This document shows positions 41,190 to 53,702 of a stretch of DNA of 64,000 bases, one piece after another. The notes under the pieces were generated by a model, which made no database searches, was not told the origin of the DNA, and saw nothing but the letters and a program-made list of their open reading frames with translations. Origin of the DNA: Eledone cirrhosa (Eukaryota); assembly GCA_964016885.1 (NCBI GenBank), contig OZ024746.1:91946001-92010000 (forward strand), written 5' to 3'. Position 1 is the stretch's first letter; each line of letters begins with the position of its first letter. The position numbers were made by a program, and so were the translations under genes.

Positions 41190-41580
41190 ATTGTGGATTG
41201 GCAGTATCGGTAGAGGGTCGGACGCCATGCTTTCCAGCATAGTTACGTCCCTTTATGATCTGAGTTCAAATCCCGCCGAGGTTGACTTTGCCTTTCATCC
41301 TTACGGGGTCGATAAAATAAAGTACCAGTAATGCACTGGGTAATTGCTGGCCTTGTGCCTAAAGTAGAAACAATTATTATGCAGTATCGGTAGAGAGTCG
41401 GACGCCATGCTTTGATGCATAGAGTTACGGCCCTTGCCATTCTGAGTTCAAATCCCGCCGAGGTTAACTTTGCCTTTCATCCTTACGGGGTCGATAAAAT
41501 AAAGTACCAGTAATGCACTGAATAATTGCTGGCCTTGTGCCAAAAAGTAGAAACAATTATTATTATTATTATTGTTACTA
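41190..41580 (+). mobile_element. Head-to-tail SINE family A dimer with (ATT)n tail
   Basis: Two copies (41190-41378, 41380-41560) with different diagnostic bases upstream of the B box. Confidence 0.9.
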
Positions 41581-41689
41581 TTATTATTACTTTTTTTTTT
41601 TTTTTTTTTTTCCCCCAATTCAATGATGTTCCAGAACAATATAAAAGCGATAATTGGCAATTTAGGTTCTGGAACAAAAAAGATAATTG

Positions 41690-42520
41690 GCAATAAGGGC
41701 AGGGGTCCCAGGTTATCACAGCCTGGGCCCGCTCGTCATCGTGCCATTGTAATAGAGCCAAACAAGGCATTTAGTCTTGGCTGCTGGAACGTACGGACGC
41801 TGCTTGACAGGGATTCCTTGGAGCGTCCTGAACGAAGGACTGCTCTTGTTGCAAAGGAGCGTCGACGTTATGATCTTGACATCGTAGCTTTATCTGAGAC
41901 GAGGTTATCTGGAGATGGTCATCTTACAGAATTTTATGGCGAATATACATTCTTCTGGAAAGGAAGAGATGAAGGAACCAGAAGAGAGGCTGGGGTAGCA
42001 TTTGCTGTTAAGACTGTTCTTGTGAATAAATTAGAAGAATTCCCAGTAGGGATTAGTGAGCGTCTTATGTCCATGAGAATTCCGCTGGACAAAGGAAGAT
42101 ATGCGACCCTGATGAGTGTGTATGCTGCAACTATGAATTCTGTCGATAAAGAAAAAGTGTCCTTTTACCATGCCTTGAAAGGTGTTTTAAGAAATATCCC
42201 TCAGGCAGACAAAGTCATCGTGCTTGGTGACTTTAATGCTAGAGTGGGTAGGGATTTTAACACATGGAATGTAATCGGAAAGCATGGGGTTCGAAAGTGT
42301 AACAACAATGGTATGCTCCTGCTGCAGATGTGTAAGGAGCTGGATCTGTGTGTTACCAACAGCATGTTCCAACAAAAGAACAAATTCAAGACCACGTGGA
42401 TGCATCCTGCATCTAAGGAATGGCATCGTTTGGACTACGTCCTAGTCAGGATGCGTGACAGACAGGATGTGCAGTGTGTTCGTGCTCTTCGTGGAGCTGA
42501 GTGCTGGACGGACCACCGCC
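41690..42520 (+). mobile_element. RTE-BovB-like APE endonuclease domain, open frame
   Basis: GCWNVRTLLD..RPERRTALVA..DIVALSETRL..LGDFNARVG..TTWMHP..LDYVLV..CWTDHRL. Confidence 0.92.
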
Positions 42521-42755
42521 TTTGTCCTCTCACTAAACCCACTACCATACCTGCTCACAAAACAAAGTGGTCATGGAGGTGGGTCCAGAAATATCTCCCA
42601 TCTTTTCTTTGTTGATGACCTGAAATTGTATGGGCCAAATATCAACTATATTAAAAAACAATTGGGCCTCATTACACAATTTTCTGCAGACATCAGAATG
42701 AATTTGATGAGTCCAAATGTGCATATTTGACAGTAAAACGTGGGAGGGTTGTGCC
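42521..42755 (+). mobile_element. R4-clade RT fragment joined directly to the RTE endonuclease
   Basis: FVLSLNPL..ISHLFFVDDLKLYG..QFSADIRM..KCAYLTVKRG. Confidence 0.8.
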
Positions 42756-42759
42756 CTAC

Positions 42760-43128
42760 TCTGAAATCGCCCGGTATTCGCGGGGATTACGTTCCTATAG
42801 CACCCGCGAAGAGTTAGTGAAAACCGCGAATGTTGGACGTAGTCCATAAAAATGACTAAAAACGTCAAACTATAACGTAAAATATAATTAAAAAAAGAAA
42901 TAGGGTCTTATGCGAAGGGGCGTCCAATAGACCGGCAAATACGGCATATTGCTATTAATAATTTAGCGTTAAAAATATATGTATTGCCTCGAAAAAAGCC
43001 ATAACAAAAATTGCGGAAGATATTTACGATTCCGCGAATATGCGGTGGTTTCCACGAACAATTATTAGTTAGGTTCTAAGGAAAATTCAGTGAATAACCG
43101 GGACTGCGAATGTCGGGTGTACACTGTA
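42760..43128. mobile_element. pogo/Tigger-like MITE
   Basis: Left CCCGGTATTCGCGGGGATTACGTTCC, right GCGAATGTCGGGTGTACACTG-TA; internal CCGCGAA repeats. Confidence 0.6.
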
Positions 43129-44355
43129 TTTTGTTCATCAATACAATCAAAGGAATCAAACGCATCGTCCCTTTCCCTTGGTCATGTGTTCTCAACCAAG
43201 ATGCATCAATCTTCTACATGACATTCACTCATTTAAACTATGAAAATAAAAAAAAATTATTTTTGGTTGAGAAAAAATAATGGAATAATAAATAAATAAA
43301 TAAAAAATAAAGAAAGTATTTTAAAAAATCGGAAAAGGAAGGGAAAGACAAGGGCTCTAGTGTCAGAGAAGAATAGGGCGCGGTGGTGCTGGAATTCTCG
43401 TTACTTCAACCAGTGTTGTTTTAGGCTATGTTCGCTCTCATTTCAAATCATTGTACAGAAAAAATAAAAGTTTTTTTAAGTCAATAATTATTTTATTGAA
43501 GGAAAAGAACTGGCACAGCAATAACCGCAACATAATATTATATGTGGCCTTAAAATATTTAGGACACGGATTAAACTTATCTATTGTAAGTAGGTTGGAA
43601 GTGGAATCCAAATTTACTGTCTGATGTCTGCTATGCAAGCTAAGACACTCCTTTTTTCTGGTCTCAATTTCAACGTAGATAAATGTGGAAAACAAAAAAA
43701 GATGCAGTGCATTTCCTCTTGTGCAGAAGTACTAATTCATTGTTACAGAATTGTTGTTCATTAGTAAAATGTTCAACCATAATTAGATTGACAACACTCC
43801 TATCATAAACTGTATTGTGATATATATGTCATGATACCGGAAGCTAAGCTGTAACTCAAAATATCTTAATTTGTGATTGTAAAGAATTGATAAGAACCTA
43901 GTGATAATTTGTTTCGAATATCGGTTGAGACAATTCTATTATATGGCTCCCTTTATTCTCAAACATTTCCAGCAGCCCTGCAGAGAATATTGTCTCCTAC
44001 GAAGAATTGTCTTAGTATGTTACATGAATAAACGGCAAATTGGTAGAGTCATTAGAAGGTCGTATAGAATGCTTTGTGGTATACGTTTCGGCTCTCTGTT
44101 CAAATCCCACCAAGGTCAAAGTCAACTTTGCCTTTCATCGTTTCGAGGTCAATAAAAAATTCACCAGTCAAGTACTGGGGTTTATTCTTCCTCTATATCT
44201 CTTTCTCACTTCTCTCTCACTTTCAATCTTTCTCTCTGGAAGAAATCTGCTGTACTCAGGCCTGGAGAGGATTGGACTCCGCCAGGCTTAAAAGTGACCA
44301 AGAAACGTTGTATGTAACTTAAGTACCTGTATATGTCACTGTTGTAACTAATTAT

Positions 44356-44357
<2 letters not shown>

Positions 44358-44425
<68 letters not shown>
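44358..44425. repeat. (GATA)n microsatellite
   Basis: Direct reading. Confidence 0.97.
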
Positions 44426-44426
<1 letters not shown>

Positions 44427-44578
44427 TACACGGGTGTGTATGATTGTGTATAGAAGATTATATTAATAAAAGGAATTCCAACTTTGTCTGATTTACTCGT
44501 TTTATTTACAATCCTTTAAAATTTATAATGGTATTATAATGAAATAGTATGATAGAATATTAAATGTTAAGTGTTAAT

Positions 44579-44617
44579 TGAACAAGTACTTTCATGCTTT
44601 CACAATCTTCAGGGTCA
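44579..44617 (-). ncRNA. Minimal hammerhead ribozyme motif
   Basis: Minus: TGACC-CTGAAGA-t-TGT-gaaa-GCA-t-GAAA-GTAC-T-T-GTTCA; palindromic AAGTACTT helix III, stem I 4/5 paired. Confidence 0.65.
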
Positions 44618-45070
44618 TAATGTATGGTGACAGTCAAGTTTGCAATGTTCAACTGTAATGAGATAGGTAAATTTTGTACCTTATATACAGTGAAAAGTGG
44701 CTCCAGAATGCTAAATCTTGCAAACTGTATTTCGACCAATCGGTGTGTAGTTTCACTGAATTACTAAAGCTGATTGGTTTAGGCGTTACGGTTGGTTGAG
44801 CATGTCTAACGACCACTAATTGATCCTATCCAAAGCTATGGTACATGATATTTGGCAAAAAAAAAAAATAATAAATGAAAGAACGCAGTGGGATCGAACT
44901 TGGGGATTGCGAAGAAGATTTCTTAACCATTCGGCCATGCTGGGCTCACATTATAGCAGATTGCACTCTTGGATAAATTCAGTGAAAGAACGATTTAAGA
45001 CAACAACTGCCATCAAACTTAACATAATTCCACACGATTTATTTTTTATGTATTTTGATGGACAGATTCT

Positions 45071-45247
45071 ATATCTTAACGAGAAGAAGAAGAAGAAGAA
45101 GAAGAAGAAGAAGAAGAAGAAGAAGAAGAAGAAGAAGAAGAAGAAGAAGAAGAAGAAGAAGAAGAAGAAGAAGAAGAAGAAGAAGAAGAAGAAGAAGAAG
45201 AAGAAGAAGAAGAAGAAGAAGAAGAAGAAGAAGAAGAAGAAGAAGAA

Positions 45248-45282
<35 letters not shown>

Positions 45283-45405
45283 AGAAGAAGAAGAAGAAGA
45301 AGAAGAAGAAGAAGAAGAAGAAGAAGAAGAAGAAGAAGAAGAAGAAGAAGAAGAAGAAGAAGAAGAAGAAGAAGAAGAAGAAGAAGAAGAAGAATATCTT
45401 AACGA
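45071..45405 (+). repeat. (AAG)n-(ACG)n-(AAG)n tract flanked by a 12-bp direct repeat
   Basis: ATATCTTAACGA at 45071-45082 and 45394-45405. Confidence 0.95.
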
Positions 45406-46269
45406 TATGAGTGTTGTGTTCTTCTAGAGTGGTTGAATGAAGAAGATAAATGAAAGATATCTACTACCTTTCCAGTATAAAACAACTACAACTCTCAGTA
45501 TTGCCACCTCAATGTTTCTCAAGCCCAGACAGAAATATTTACTCGATATAAAGATGGTATTTATTCCATTGACGTTTATTTTATGTGCCCCCCTCCACCC
45601 GCTATGTTTCAGCACACAGCCACAGACACGGTCTCACACATACATATACATGCACTTACATCTGCTATATAAATGGCAATTTCTGTCTGTGTATCTGTGT
45701 ATAACCAGTTGGCGTCTAAACCAGAGATGTGATCCTGATGAAACTTTACACACGTGTGTAGCTAATATTTAGAAACAGGACTGGCTAATTGGATTTCAAT
45801 AAAAATCAATAATGGAACATCTGGGGACATCTTTACAATGTTGGAGGAAACAGAAGTCGTTTCAGTGAGAGAGGGGGAAGAGGAGATACTACTCCTCTAT
45901 GTTAAACCCTCCCTCCCACTACTCCCATTCCTCCTCCCACAACTCAGTCCTCCAAAACGAGGCAACAACTTATTAGACATATACATAAAGAAATTTCAAT
46001 CAAAGCAGACGATAATGCGCGTTCTTGATTGTTCTCCATTCTGTAGAGAAAGAGAGAGAGGGTATGAGAAATAAAAAGAAAGAGAGGGGTTAAGAAAGAA
46101 AGAAAGAGAGTGAGGGGGATTTAGGGAAGGGAGAACATGATAGCAGCGTTCGATAACTTTAACTTTTATTTATTTATTCTTTACGCACTGTTTAACTCTC
46201 CCCCTTCCTCAACCTTACGTCTATTTCTCTCTCTCTCTTTCACACAAGACGTACTGTGTGTGTGGGGGG

Positions 46270-46660
46270 GAGGGGGTGTATGTGTGTGTGTGTGTGTATG
46301 TCCGTACCCACATAACCTCTACAGTTTGCAACCGATTTTCTTCAAATTTGGAACAAACATGCGTTATGTTCCCAGAAGTGTTGTCGACTCATAAAACTTT
46401 CAAGTTTTTGTCTAATGGATTCAAGTTTTTGTCTAGGTGAATCACGTCACATGCTCATGGGCACTTTCATTTTTCCAGATATTGATTATAGGGCCCGCCA
46501 GGGGAAGATAACTCCCTTTAACCGCTTCCTTGGAGTCGACTAAAGCACTGCAGTGCAATGAAACAAAACATCATAACTTCTGGAGTTCGCAACCGATTTT
46601 CACCAAACTTGACACATGGGCTATGTATGTTCTACAGATGAATTTGAACACTCAGAATTG
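46270..46660 (+). mobile_element. Possible non-autonomous Helentron/DINE-1-like element
   Basis: (GT)n followed by two CATAAC..GCAACCGATTTTC..CAAA(T/C)TTG blocks. Confidence 0.45.
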
Positions 46661-47432
46661 GCACATGTTGAGTAGGGGTCCCTGCGGGCAGGAACCCCTT
46701 TTGGGCAATTACTGGTGCTTTATCTTATCGACTACGTAAGGATGAAAGGCAAGGTTAACCTCCGCGATATTTGAGCTGAGACCGTAGAGGGTCATAACTC
46801 TATGCCGCAAAGTATGATGTCTGACGCTCTACCGATACTGCTAATCCACCAGTGCTGGATAAAAATAATGTTCGGTAGACCATCTGGAGAAGCCGAATTG
46901 TTGCTATGAAACCAACACACTACATAGTCGTCAAACCCATCGAAACATTTGTAATGGAAAAATTACCGAATGAATTGTTGTAAAAACCCATTTTATTCAT
47001 GACTCTCTTGCTGTAAGAGGCACCGCACGTTTTCCTTGACCTCACATAAAATTCTATGTGAACTTGTAGCTTACTTGCTACAAAATTATTGTTTCTACTT
47101 TTGGCACAAGGCCAGCAATTACTCAGTACATTACTGGTACTTTATTTTATCGACCCCGTATGGATGAAAGGCAAAGTTAACCTCGGCGGGATTTGCTATA
47201 AAATAATGTGCCGTCTCTTGTCTCTTATTCTTCTGGATAGCGTTTGGCTTATGTCAGACACTGTGAACCTTGGGTGGGCCAGCAATACCGTTGGCAGGGG
47301 TCGAAACTGTCAAAGTCCACCTCAACAGCCTGGAGTTCTGTAGCCTTCGTTTGTATTTTAATTTTTTTAAATAATTTTTTAAGGCTTCCTCTTAAAAAAT
47401 TGTTTTTCGTTCGTTTTCTTGTCCTCTCTTTA

Positions 47433-47537
<105 letters not shown>

Positions 47538-47704
47538 GTGCGTGCGTGCATGCATGTATGTATATACGTATGTATGTGCGTGTATGTGTGTGTGTATAAA
47601 AGATATAAATATATAAAAACCTACGCACACACATACATGTATATCCGGTTGAGTATTTCCTCTTAATGTAATTGTCCAAATTTCTACTGTTGGATATCCC
47701 AATT

Positions 47705-49056
47705 TATATCATATCATTTGTATATCATATCATTTCTATATCATATCATGTGTACATCATATCATTTGTACATCATATCATGTGTACATCATATCATTTG
47801 TACATCATATCATTTGTACATCATATCATGTGTACATCATATCATTTGTACATCATATCATTTGTACATCATATCATTTGTACATCATATCATTTGTACA
47901 TCATATCATGTGTACATCATATCATTTGTACATCATATCATTTGTACATTATATCATTTGTACATCATATCATTTGTACATCATATCATTTGTACCTCAT
48001 ATCATTTGTACATCATATCATTTGTACATCATATCATTTCTACATCATATCATTTCTACATCATATCATTTGTACATCATATCATTTGTACATCATATCA
48101 TTTGTACATCATATCATTTGTACATCATATCATTTGTACCTCATATCATTTGTACATCATATCATTTGTACCTCATATCATTTGTACATCATATCATTTG
48201 TACATCATATCATTTGTACATCATATCATTTGTACCTCATATCATTTGTACATCATATCATTTCTACATCATATCATTTGTACATCATATCATTTGTATC
48301 TCATATCATTTGTACATCATATCATTTGTACATCATATCATTTCTACATCATATCATTTCTACATCATATCATTTCTACATCATATCATTTGTACATCAT
48401 ATCATTTGTACATCATATCATTTGTACATCATATCATTTGTACATTATATCATTTGTACATCATATCATTTGTACATCATATCATTTGTATCTCATATTA
48501 TTTGTACATCATATCATTTGTACATCATATCATTTGTATCTCATATCATTTGTACATCATATCATTTGTACATCATATCATTTGTACATCATATCATTTG
48601 TACATCATATCATTTGTATCTCATATCATTTGTACATCATATCATTTGTATCTCATATTATTTGTACATCATATCATTTGTACATCATATCATTTGTACA
48701 TCATATCATTTGTACATCATATCATTTGTACATCATATGATTTGTACATTATATCATTTGTACATCATATCATTTGTACATCATATCATTTGTACATCAT
48801 ATCATTTGTACATCATATCATTTGTACATCATATCATTTGTACATCATATCATTTGTACATCATATCATTTGTACATCATATCATTTGTACCTCATATCA
48901 TTTGTACATCATATCATTTCTACATCATATCATTTCTACATCATATCATTTCTACATCATATCATTTCTACATCATATCATTTGTACATCATATCATTTG
49001 TACATCATATCATTTGTACATCATATCATTTGTACATCATATCATTTGTACATTAT
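47705..49056. repeat. 16-bp minisatellite, about 84 copies
   Basis: Unit TACATCATATCATTTG; explains the stop-free ORFs in three frames. Confidence 0.98.
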
Positions 49057-49228
49057 ACTAAAAAAGAATGTATCTATTCACACAGATATAACAGAAAAAT
49101 ACTACACCAACGAAATACTCCTTAATTATAGAATTGTTGAATATGTTAATAAAGATATAAAACAATAGCCAAAATGTGTCGACCGTAACTGATAGTTAAA
49201 ATATCTTATAAAAACAACAAAATGAGCA

Positions 49229-49345
49229 ACTTACTCATTAACACCGAACCACAAACAACAAACAACAAAATCTATTTCACGCGCCAAATGAAATCTAGAA
49301 ATTTCATTTTTACATTGGTCAACATGGCGGACAATCTATGGTCAA
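49229..49345 (-). promoter_or_regulatory. Candidate promoter / non-coding first exon
   Basis: Minus strand: YY1-like CCGCCATGTT, CCAAT, E2F-like TTTGGCGCG, then a GA|GTAAGT donor at 49234. Confidence 0.35.
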
Positions 49346-49479
49346 TTGACCAGAGATTTATAAGACGCCATCGCAACACTCCACAGTTGATAATAATACA
49401 ATTCTGTATAGAATCCCACATAAAACGATGGAATTAAATATTACATTATATTAAAATGTAAACCAACGATGAACCTATA

Positions 49480-49670
49480 TTAATAATTGTTTCTACTTTT
49501 GGCACAAGGCCAGCAATTACCCACTACATTACTGGTACTTTATTTTATCAACCCCGTAAGGATGAAAGGCAAAGTTAACCTCGACGGGATTTGAACTCAG
49601 ATCGTAAAAGGACGTAACTATGCTAGAAAGCATGGCGTCCGACCCTCTAGCGATACTGCCAATTCACCAA
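49480..49670 (-). mobile_element. SINE family A
   Basis: Reverse complement of the 41190-type copy. Further diverged or partial copies lie near 3.9, 22.0, 32.3, 35.4, 44.1, 46.7, 47.1, 56.9, 59.0 and 60.6 kb. Confidence 0.9.
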
Positions 49671-50023
49671 AGATGCCAAGCTTTAATAATTGAATTCTGT
49701 TAAATCTACTATAGGTAACATTAATAGCAACACCATTATACTTCATGACTACAGAACATATAAATATTACATCATCACCGCCATGATTCTCACCCTCAAG
49801 ATAAAGATACAAAGGCCTGGCAATGTTAACAGACATATGGATTTAAGAACGCTATTGTTCCATACCAAACATAAAGAATTACTAAGAAAATATGAAAAAT
49901 CTTTACCAAGAAAAACTATCAATTATGCCAAAAATTTCAATATATACCCCGACAGTGTATATTAAGAGCTGATATAGGGATTTGTCTGTATTTTCACTGC
50001 CTGTCTAGGTCAGATTTTGAATT

Positions 50024-50093
<70 letters not shown>

Positions 50094-50126
50094 CATATAT
50101 ATATGTGTATGTATGTATGTATGTAA

Positions 50127-50417
50127 ATATCATCTTGGTTAAGACAGTGGGACTGGCTTTGTGCAGTGCCTTTTGCTCACTATAATAGCTTCACGGCACA
50201 GGCATTGCTTTATATCTGAGATCTCTCTGCACTCGTCGTCACATGGTACCATGGGCCCAGCACTATGTTTCAATAATTGTCATAAGTGTAGTGTTTGTAC
50301 CAGAGTTTTCAAGTCACTGGCTGGACTAAAAAGTCACTCGTTCAGCGCATCAGTAAGGGTTCTCCTACATGGATATAAAGTAGTGGCCGTACTCGAAAAC
50401 GAGTTGGCAGCCACCAT
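50127..50417 (+). mobile_element. RTE 3' end with C2H2 finger and (TATG)n tail
   Basis: Close inverted copy of 33988-34280. Confidence 0.85.
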
Positions 50418-50488
50418 GTATGTATGTATGTATGTATGTATGTATGTATGTATGTATGTATGTATGTATGTATGTATGTATGTATGTA

Positions 50489-50554
<66 letters not shown>

Positions 50555-50607
50555 CATACATATATATATATACGTACACACACGTACACACGTATACATA
50601 CATACAT

Positions 50608-51995
50608 ACATGCCTGTAAAGCGGGGGGAAAACAACAACCCATTCTAGCCACAGTCATCAATGGCCTAACTGTTTTACCAACATCTGATGAGGACTGCTA
50701 CAGATACCTGGGATAGATGAGAAAATATTCTATAATGGCATTTGTAATAAAGAACGCGTAACCAGGGAATACTACACCCGATTAAGAAAGATTTGGTCTT
50801 TGGAACTCTCTGCGCACAATAAAACAGTGGCTCACAACGTGTTTGCTGTGCCTGTCTTAACACCAACGTTTGGAATACTCGGTTGGACGATAGACGAAAT
50901 CCGAGCAATTGATGTTAGAACTCGAAAAATACTGAACACCGGGAACTTCCACATCAACAATAGACCGCCTCTACTTGAAACGTAAGCAGGGAGGCAGAGG
51001 CCTAACATCAGTCCAGACAACATTTGAATGTCGCATCATATCCCTCTATCGAGCATTCTATCTGCATGAGACGGATAAGATCATGAGAGTTGGGAAAGAA
51101 CCCCTCGAGAGATATTCCCTGTGTGATAATCAAAACTCAGCAGTAGCGCAGTGAATCCATGGATGAAAAACTACATGCTTTTCAGCATAAAATCATGCAT
51201 GGATATGTTTCCAGGAAGCTCCAGAGTGAGAGTAGTATAGATAAGGGAAGTAGTCTATCTTGGACCAACAACCGCTATATTGGCTCCCACTTTGAAGGAT
51301 ACGATTTTGCAATCCAAGAACAGGAAATCAACATAAAATACCTGATTCACAAAAGAGATTGGGATGCAATCAAAACACCTAGATGTGACCACAAGTGAAG
51401 ACTCTGCAGAATTAACATCGAAGATGTCACCAATGTCATAAGCAGCAGTCCACAGATGTCTTCACGGTACTATCTACCTATGAGGCATGATGTAGTGGCC
51501 AAAACACTGTACAATGCAATCCGTAGAAAAGTTAGCCCCGATAATAAACACATTAAAAGCTACAGCAATGCGGAAGACATACATATACATAATATGAAAG
51601 AGTACTGGTGGAATGTTCCAGCCAAAACCCCAATAAAATGCAGTCATAACAGACCAGATATTATGATATGGGACAGGGAGAAGAAGGCAAGCACAGTATT
51701 GGAAATTAGCTGCCCAGCAGATGCCAATATAATATCAAAGATTAGCGAAAAGGAGAATATTTATGCAGAACTAATGAGAAATCTGCAGATACTCCACCCT
51801 GATTATACCTTCAGATTTATACCTGTGATTATTGGGGAACTGGGATATGTTAGTAACTGCCTCAGTACAAATCTTGAGAAGCTGGGCTTCACAGAAACAG
51901 AAAGAACACAACTAGTTAGGAAATTACGAGTACAGTCCATTAATGGAACAGTAAAAATATGTAATACCAAAAATGTTGCATCTAATAACCGCATA
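50608..51995 (+). mobile_element. 5'-truncated, decayed R4-clade LINE (RT C-terminus to RLE) between (CATA)-type repeats
   Basis: CYRYLGIDE, ELSAHNK..FAVPVL, MHGY, IQEQEI, RHDVVAK, HNRPDIMIWD..LEISCP..KENIY..IPVIIG. Confidence 0.9.
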
Positions 51996-52169
51996 TACAC
52001 ATATACAGATACAAAGCATATACACATGCTCACATACAACTCAAAACATACACATCCACACATACAATAACATCCATACCTGCACACACATGCATGCAGA
52101 CATGCAGACATATCTACCTAGTTGATGTTGTGTAAATTCCAATGTGAGAGTCTTGTAACTATGTTAGAA

Positions 52170-52225
<56 letters not shown>

Positions 52226-52334
52226 TCTCTCTCTCTCTCTCTCACTCTCTCTCTCTCTCTCTCTCTTGGCAAACATTTGTAAAATTACAAAACCAGAAGA
52301 ACATACATACACACACATACATAATATATACATG

Positions 52335-52865
52335 CACAGCACAGCATGGCACGGCACGGCACATTACAGCACGACATAGCACAGCACAGCACGGCACTCA
52401 CGGGACAGCACAGTACATCACGGCACAGCACAGCACGGCACTCACGGGACAGCACAGTACATCACGGGACGGCACGACACGGTACGTTACAGCACAGCAC
52501 AGCACAGCAGGGCACGGCACGGCACAAACAGCATAGTACAGCATGGCACAGCACGGCACAGCACAGTACAGCACGGCATAGCACAACACAGCACAGCACG
52601 GCACAGGGCGGCACAACACAGTACAGCACGGCACGGCACAGCACGGCACGGCACGGCAGAGTACAGCACATAACGGCACAGCACGGCACGGCACGGCACG
52701 GCATGGCACGGCACGGCCCGGCACGGCACGGGACGGCACGGCACGGCGCGGCAGAGTACAGCACATAACGGCACAGCACGGCACAGCACAGCACAGCACG
52801 ACACGGCACGGCAGAGTACAGCACATAACGGCACAGCACGGCACGGCACGGCGCGGCACTGCACG
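52335..52865. repeat. (GCACG/GCACA)n pentanucleotide repeat
   Basis: Direct reading. Confidence 0.93.
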
Positions 52866-53198
52866 TCATAGTTTAGTTTAGTTTAGTTTGAACCAAAGAA
52901 CTTCCTTTGAAACATGTCGCATGTTTTTATTTTAAAAAAAGAATTTCACCAACGATTCCGTCTCATATCTTATCAAAGAAATTTGGGAATTTGAGATTTC
53001 AGTGAAATTCTATTCAGCAGCGAAACGGATTTGTTAAATGGTTCGTGTTAGAGGTTTTCCAGATTTGTCTGTGGTGGTGTTAATATTTAATGTTGTTACA
53101 GAAATATGGTTGATATGTGCTTCATGTGTTCCAAACGGAATTGTGTTTCAGCAAACATAACGTCTCTTCTCATGTTCACGAAACACTACCCGGAAAGA

Positions 53199-53223
53199 AT
53201 TGATAAGCGTCTTCTATCTCGAA

Positions 53224-53301
<78 letters not shown>

Positions 53302-53322
53302 TTCGAGATAGAAGACGCTTAT

Positions 53323-53326
<4 letters not shown>
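53199..53326. repeat. 128-bp palindrome: perfect 28-bp unique arms around (TA)n
   Basis: ATTGATAAGCGTCTTCTATCTCGAAATG-(TA)n-CATTTCGAGATAGAAGACGCTTATCAAT. Confidence 0.97.
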
Positions 53327-53359
<33 letters not shown>

Positions 53360-53363
<4 letters not shown>

Positions 53364-53578
53364 CAGAAGTTATATTTAATTTGTTGGGATTCAACAAACT
53401 TAAAAGTTTATAACTGATATAAAGCACTCAACAGTTTACTGGAGTAAATATTCAATATATTAATAAATGGAAACTATATTTATAAAACTATAATTATTTT
53501 ATTATATATATTTCAAGGGCAACCAAGGCAATCTTGGTGCGCTTTCATCAGATAAAATACAAAATTTGTTTTATAAAT
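53360..53578 (-). mobile_element. About 220-bp hammerhead-bearing short element between TA-rich tracts, copy 2
   Basis: Homologous to 8588-8807. Confidence 0.85.
53495..53559 (-). ncRNA. Complete type I hammerhead ribozyme motif
   Basis: Minus: TATTTTAT-CTGATGA-AAGcGCACCAAG-attgc-CTTGGtTGCcCTT-GAAA-TATATA-T-A^ATAAAATA. Confidence 0.8.
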
Positions 53579-53607
53579 ATATATACATATATATCCTATT
53601 ATATATA

Positions 53608-53669
53608 TTGCATAACAAATTCAAAAACGAAGTATATATATATACGTCGTTTTTTAATTTGTTATGCAA
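53608..53669. repeat. 62-bp palindrome centred on a short (TA)n, 2 mismatches
   Basis: TTGCATAACAAATTCAAAAACGAAG-(TA)n-CGTCGTTTTTTAATTTGTTATGCAA. Confidence 0.9.
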
Positions 53670-53702
53670 GATTTCTTAACTGAAAACGTGTGTTGAAACA
53701 GA

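Noticed and set aside
44734-44780. Paired CCAAT/ATTGG boxes (also CCAAT with CpGs near 59455)
   Set aside because: Short motifs without an associated exon or other support
45733-45760. CTGATGAAAC motif
   Set aside because: No stem II; resembles Helentron/DINE-like repeat text instead
47672-49168. Long ORFs in all three + frames
   Set aside because: A 16-bp unit lacking stop codons; not coding
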